The position numbers and the translations under genes were made by a program. From NCBI GenBank assembly GCA_034409195.1, contig DAOUMT010000071.1:1-32052 (forward strand): a DNA stretch of 32,052 nucleotides, given 5' to 3'. The notes under the pieces were generated by a model. That model ran no database searches and was not told where the DNA came from. It saw only the letters and a list, made by a program, of their open reading frames with translations. Origin of the DNA: Dehalococcoidia bacterium. GTDB lineage: Bacteria; Chloroflexota; Dehalococcoidia; SZUA-161. Shown piece after piece: positions 31,444 through 32,052 of the stretch (its first letter is position 1; each line of letters begins with the position of its first letter).

Positions 31444-31758
31444 TTTCTCTGCCCCTCGGATTCAGGGGCGCCTAATCCCCCTTGCCCCCTTTAGAAAAGG
31501 GAGAATCATTTCGCAGCACCTTTTCAAACCCCTGAATCTTCCAATTTCGGAAGCGGGCGAAGCGGCGCTTCACCCCTCCAGGTATCGGTTAATCCCCTGG
31601 CACATTTAGAAAGAAAACCATATTTTGTAGTTGCCTGATTTATCAGGCTCAACGGCCCAATGAATTGGGCAACTACATTTTCGGGCGAGGCAACCTCGCC
31701 CCTCCGTTTGGAGACACCCCGAAAGCCCAGGCAGATGAGCTTTGCCCCTCTGCACCCC
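31444..31758. other. Unusually long alaS-ruvX spacer packed with nested inverted repeats
   Basis: Read directly. Long-range 10-bp pair GATTCAGGGG (31459-31468) / CCCCTGAATC (31529-31538) encloses CCCTTT-aga-AAAGGG (31487-31501). Further stems: GAAGCG...CGCTTC (31550-31571), the GTAG-headed palindrome TGTAGTTGCC...GGCAACTACA (31626-31677) with two internal 6-bp hairpins, and GGGCGAGG-caa-CCTCGCCC (31683-31701). Confidence 0.45.
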
Positions 31759-32052
31759 CTAGACCTTCTCCGCCACCAGATTGGCAACAAGCTTGAGAGC
31801 TTCGTCCAGCTTGTCTTTATCCTTGCCCCCTCCCTGCCCCAGTTGGGGACGTCCACCGCCGCTGCCGCCTGTGGCCTGGGCCACCTTCTTCACAATATCA
31901 CCAGCGTTCAGACCTTTAGATACAAGGTCAGGAGTTACCACAGCCAGAAAGTTAGGTTTATCATCCCATACAGCAGCCAGCACAATCACGCCGCTGCCCA
32001 GCTTCTCTCTTAATACATCGCCCGTGTGACGCAGCGCGTCCATGCTCGAAGC
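31759..32052 (-). CDS. alaS: Alanine--tRNA ligase, C-terminal (DHHA1) end; 5' part outside the window
   Basis: ..VIVLAAVWDDKPNFLAVVTPDLVSKGLNAGDIVKKVAQATGGSGGGRPQLGQGGGKDKDKLDEAL is the typical AlaS C-terminus (GG.GGGRP..AQAGG). The frame is open to the window edge, and alaS-ruvX adjacency is a common arrangement. Confidence 0.88.
   Translation of the reverse strand, partial: ASSMDALRHTGDVLREKLGSGVIVLAAVWDDKPNFLAVVTPDLVSKGLNAGDIVKKVAQATGGSGGGRPQLGQGGGKDKDKLDEALKLVANLVAEKV

Noticed and set aside
31524-32013. 110-aa (-) and 117-aa (+) ORFs across the alaS-ruvX spacer
   Set aside because: They are composed of palindromic repeat sequence or lie antisense to the alaS C-terminus. There are no starts with an SD.

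Overview
The window is mostly a compact, housekeeping chromosomal segment of a bacterium. Protein flavour and gene order look Chloroflexota/Dehalococcoidia-like, but I cannot verify taxonomy.

Recognisable genes, in order:
- partial TetR regulator, SAM methyltransferase, queA, rplY/ctc, fmt, a MenA-like prenyltransferase, secG and gatB
- a HepT/MntA toxin-antitoxin pair, a ZIP metal transporter, a CAP-domain lipoprotein and pcm
- a mobA-moeA-mobB molybdenum-cofactor cluster, translationally coupled to a DUF362-like gene and a 141-aa orphan
- acylphosphatase, a PflX-type radical SAM gene, tgt, a heme-O-synthase-like prenyltransferase and a ClC channel with a CBS pair
- a shikimate cluster (aroC, a xylose-isomerase-like TIM barrel, fused aroK-aroB, aroE), then ruvX and the 3' end of alaS

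Non-routine content:
1. An AT-rich, poorly coding stretch (about 1.6-4.6 kb) holds orphan small ORFs and a tyrosine-recombinase C-terminal remnant. It is followed by a decayed 5TMR-LYT/PP2C sensor-phosphatase gene and a CoA-transferase gene stub.
2. A family of REP-like elements ('hairpin + CCCTAC', GTAG-headed on the other strand) occupies many intergenic gaps.
3. An AbrB/RelE-type TA cassette sits between aroE and aroC, bracketed by two ~115-nt direct copies of a composite repeat.
4. The 315-bp alaS-ruvX spacer is dense with nested inverted repeats.

I saw no rRNA, tRNA or CRISPR array. All homology statements come from reading the translations and remembered family motifs. Nothing was searched.
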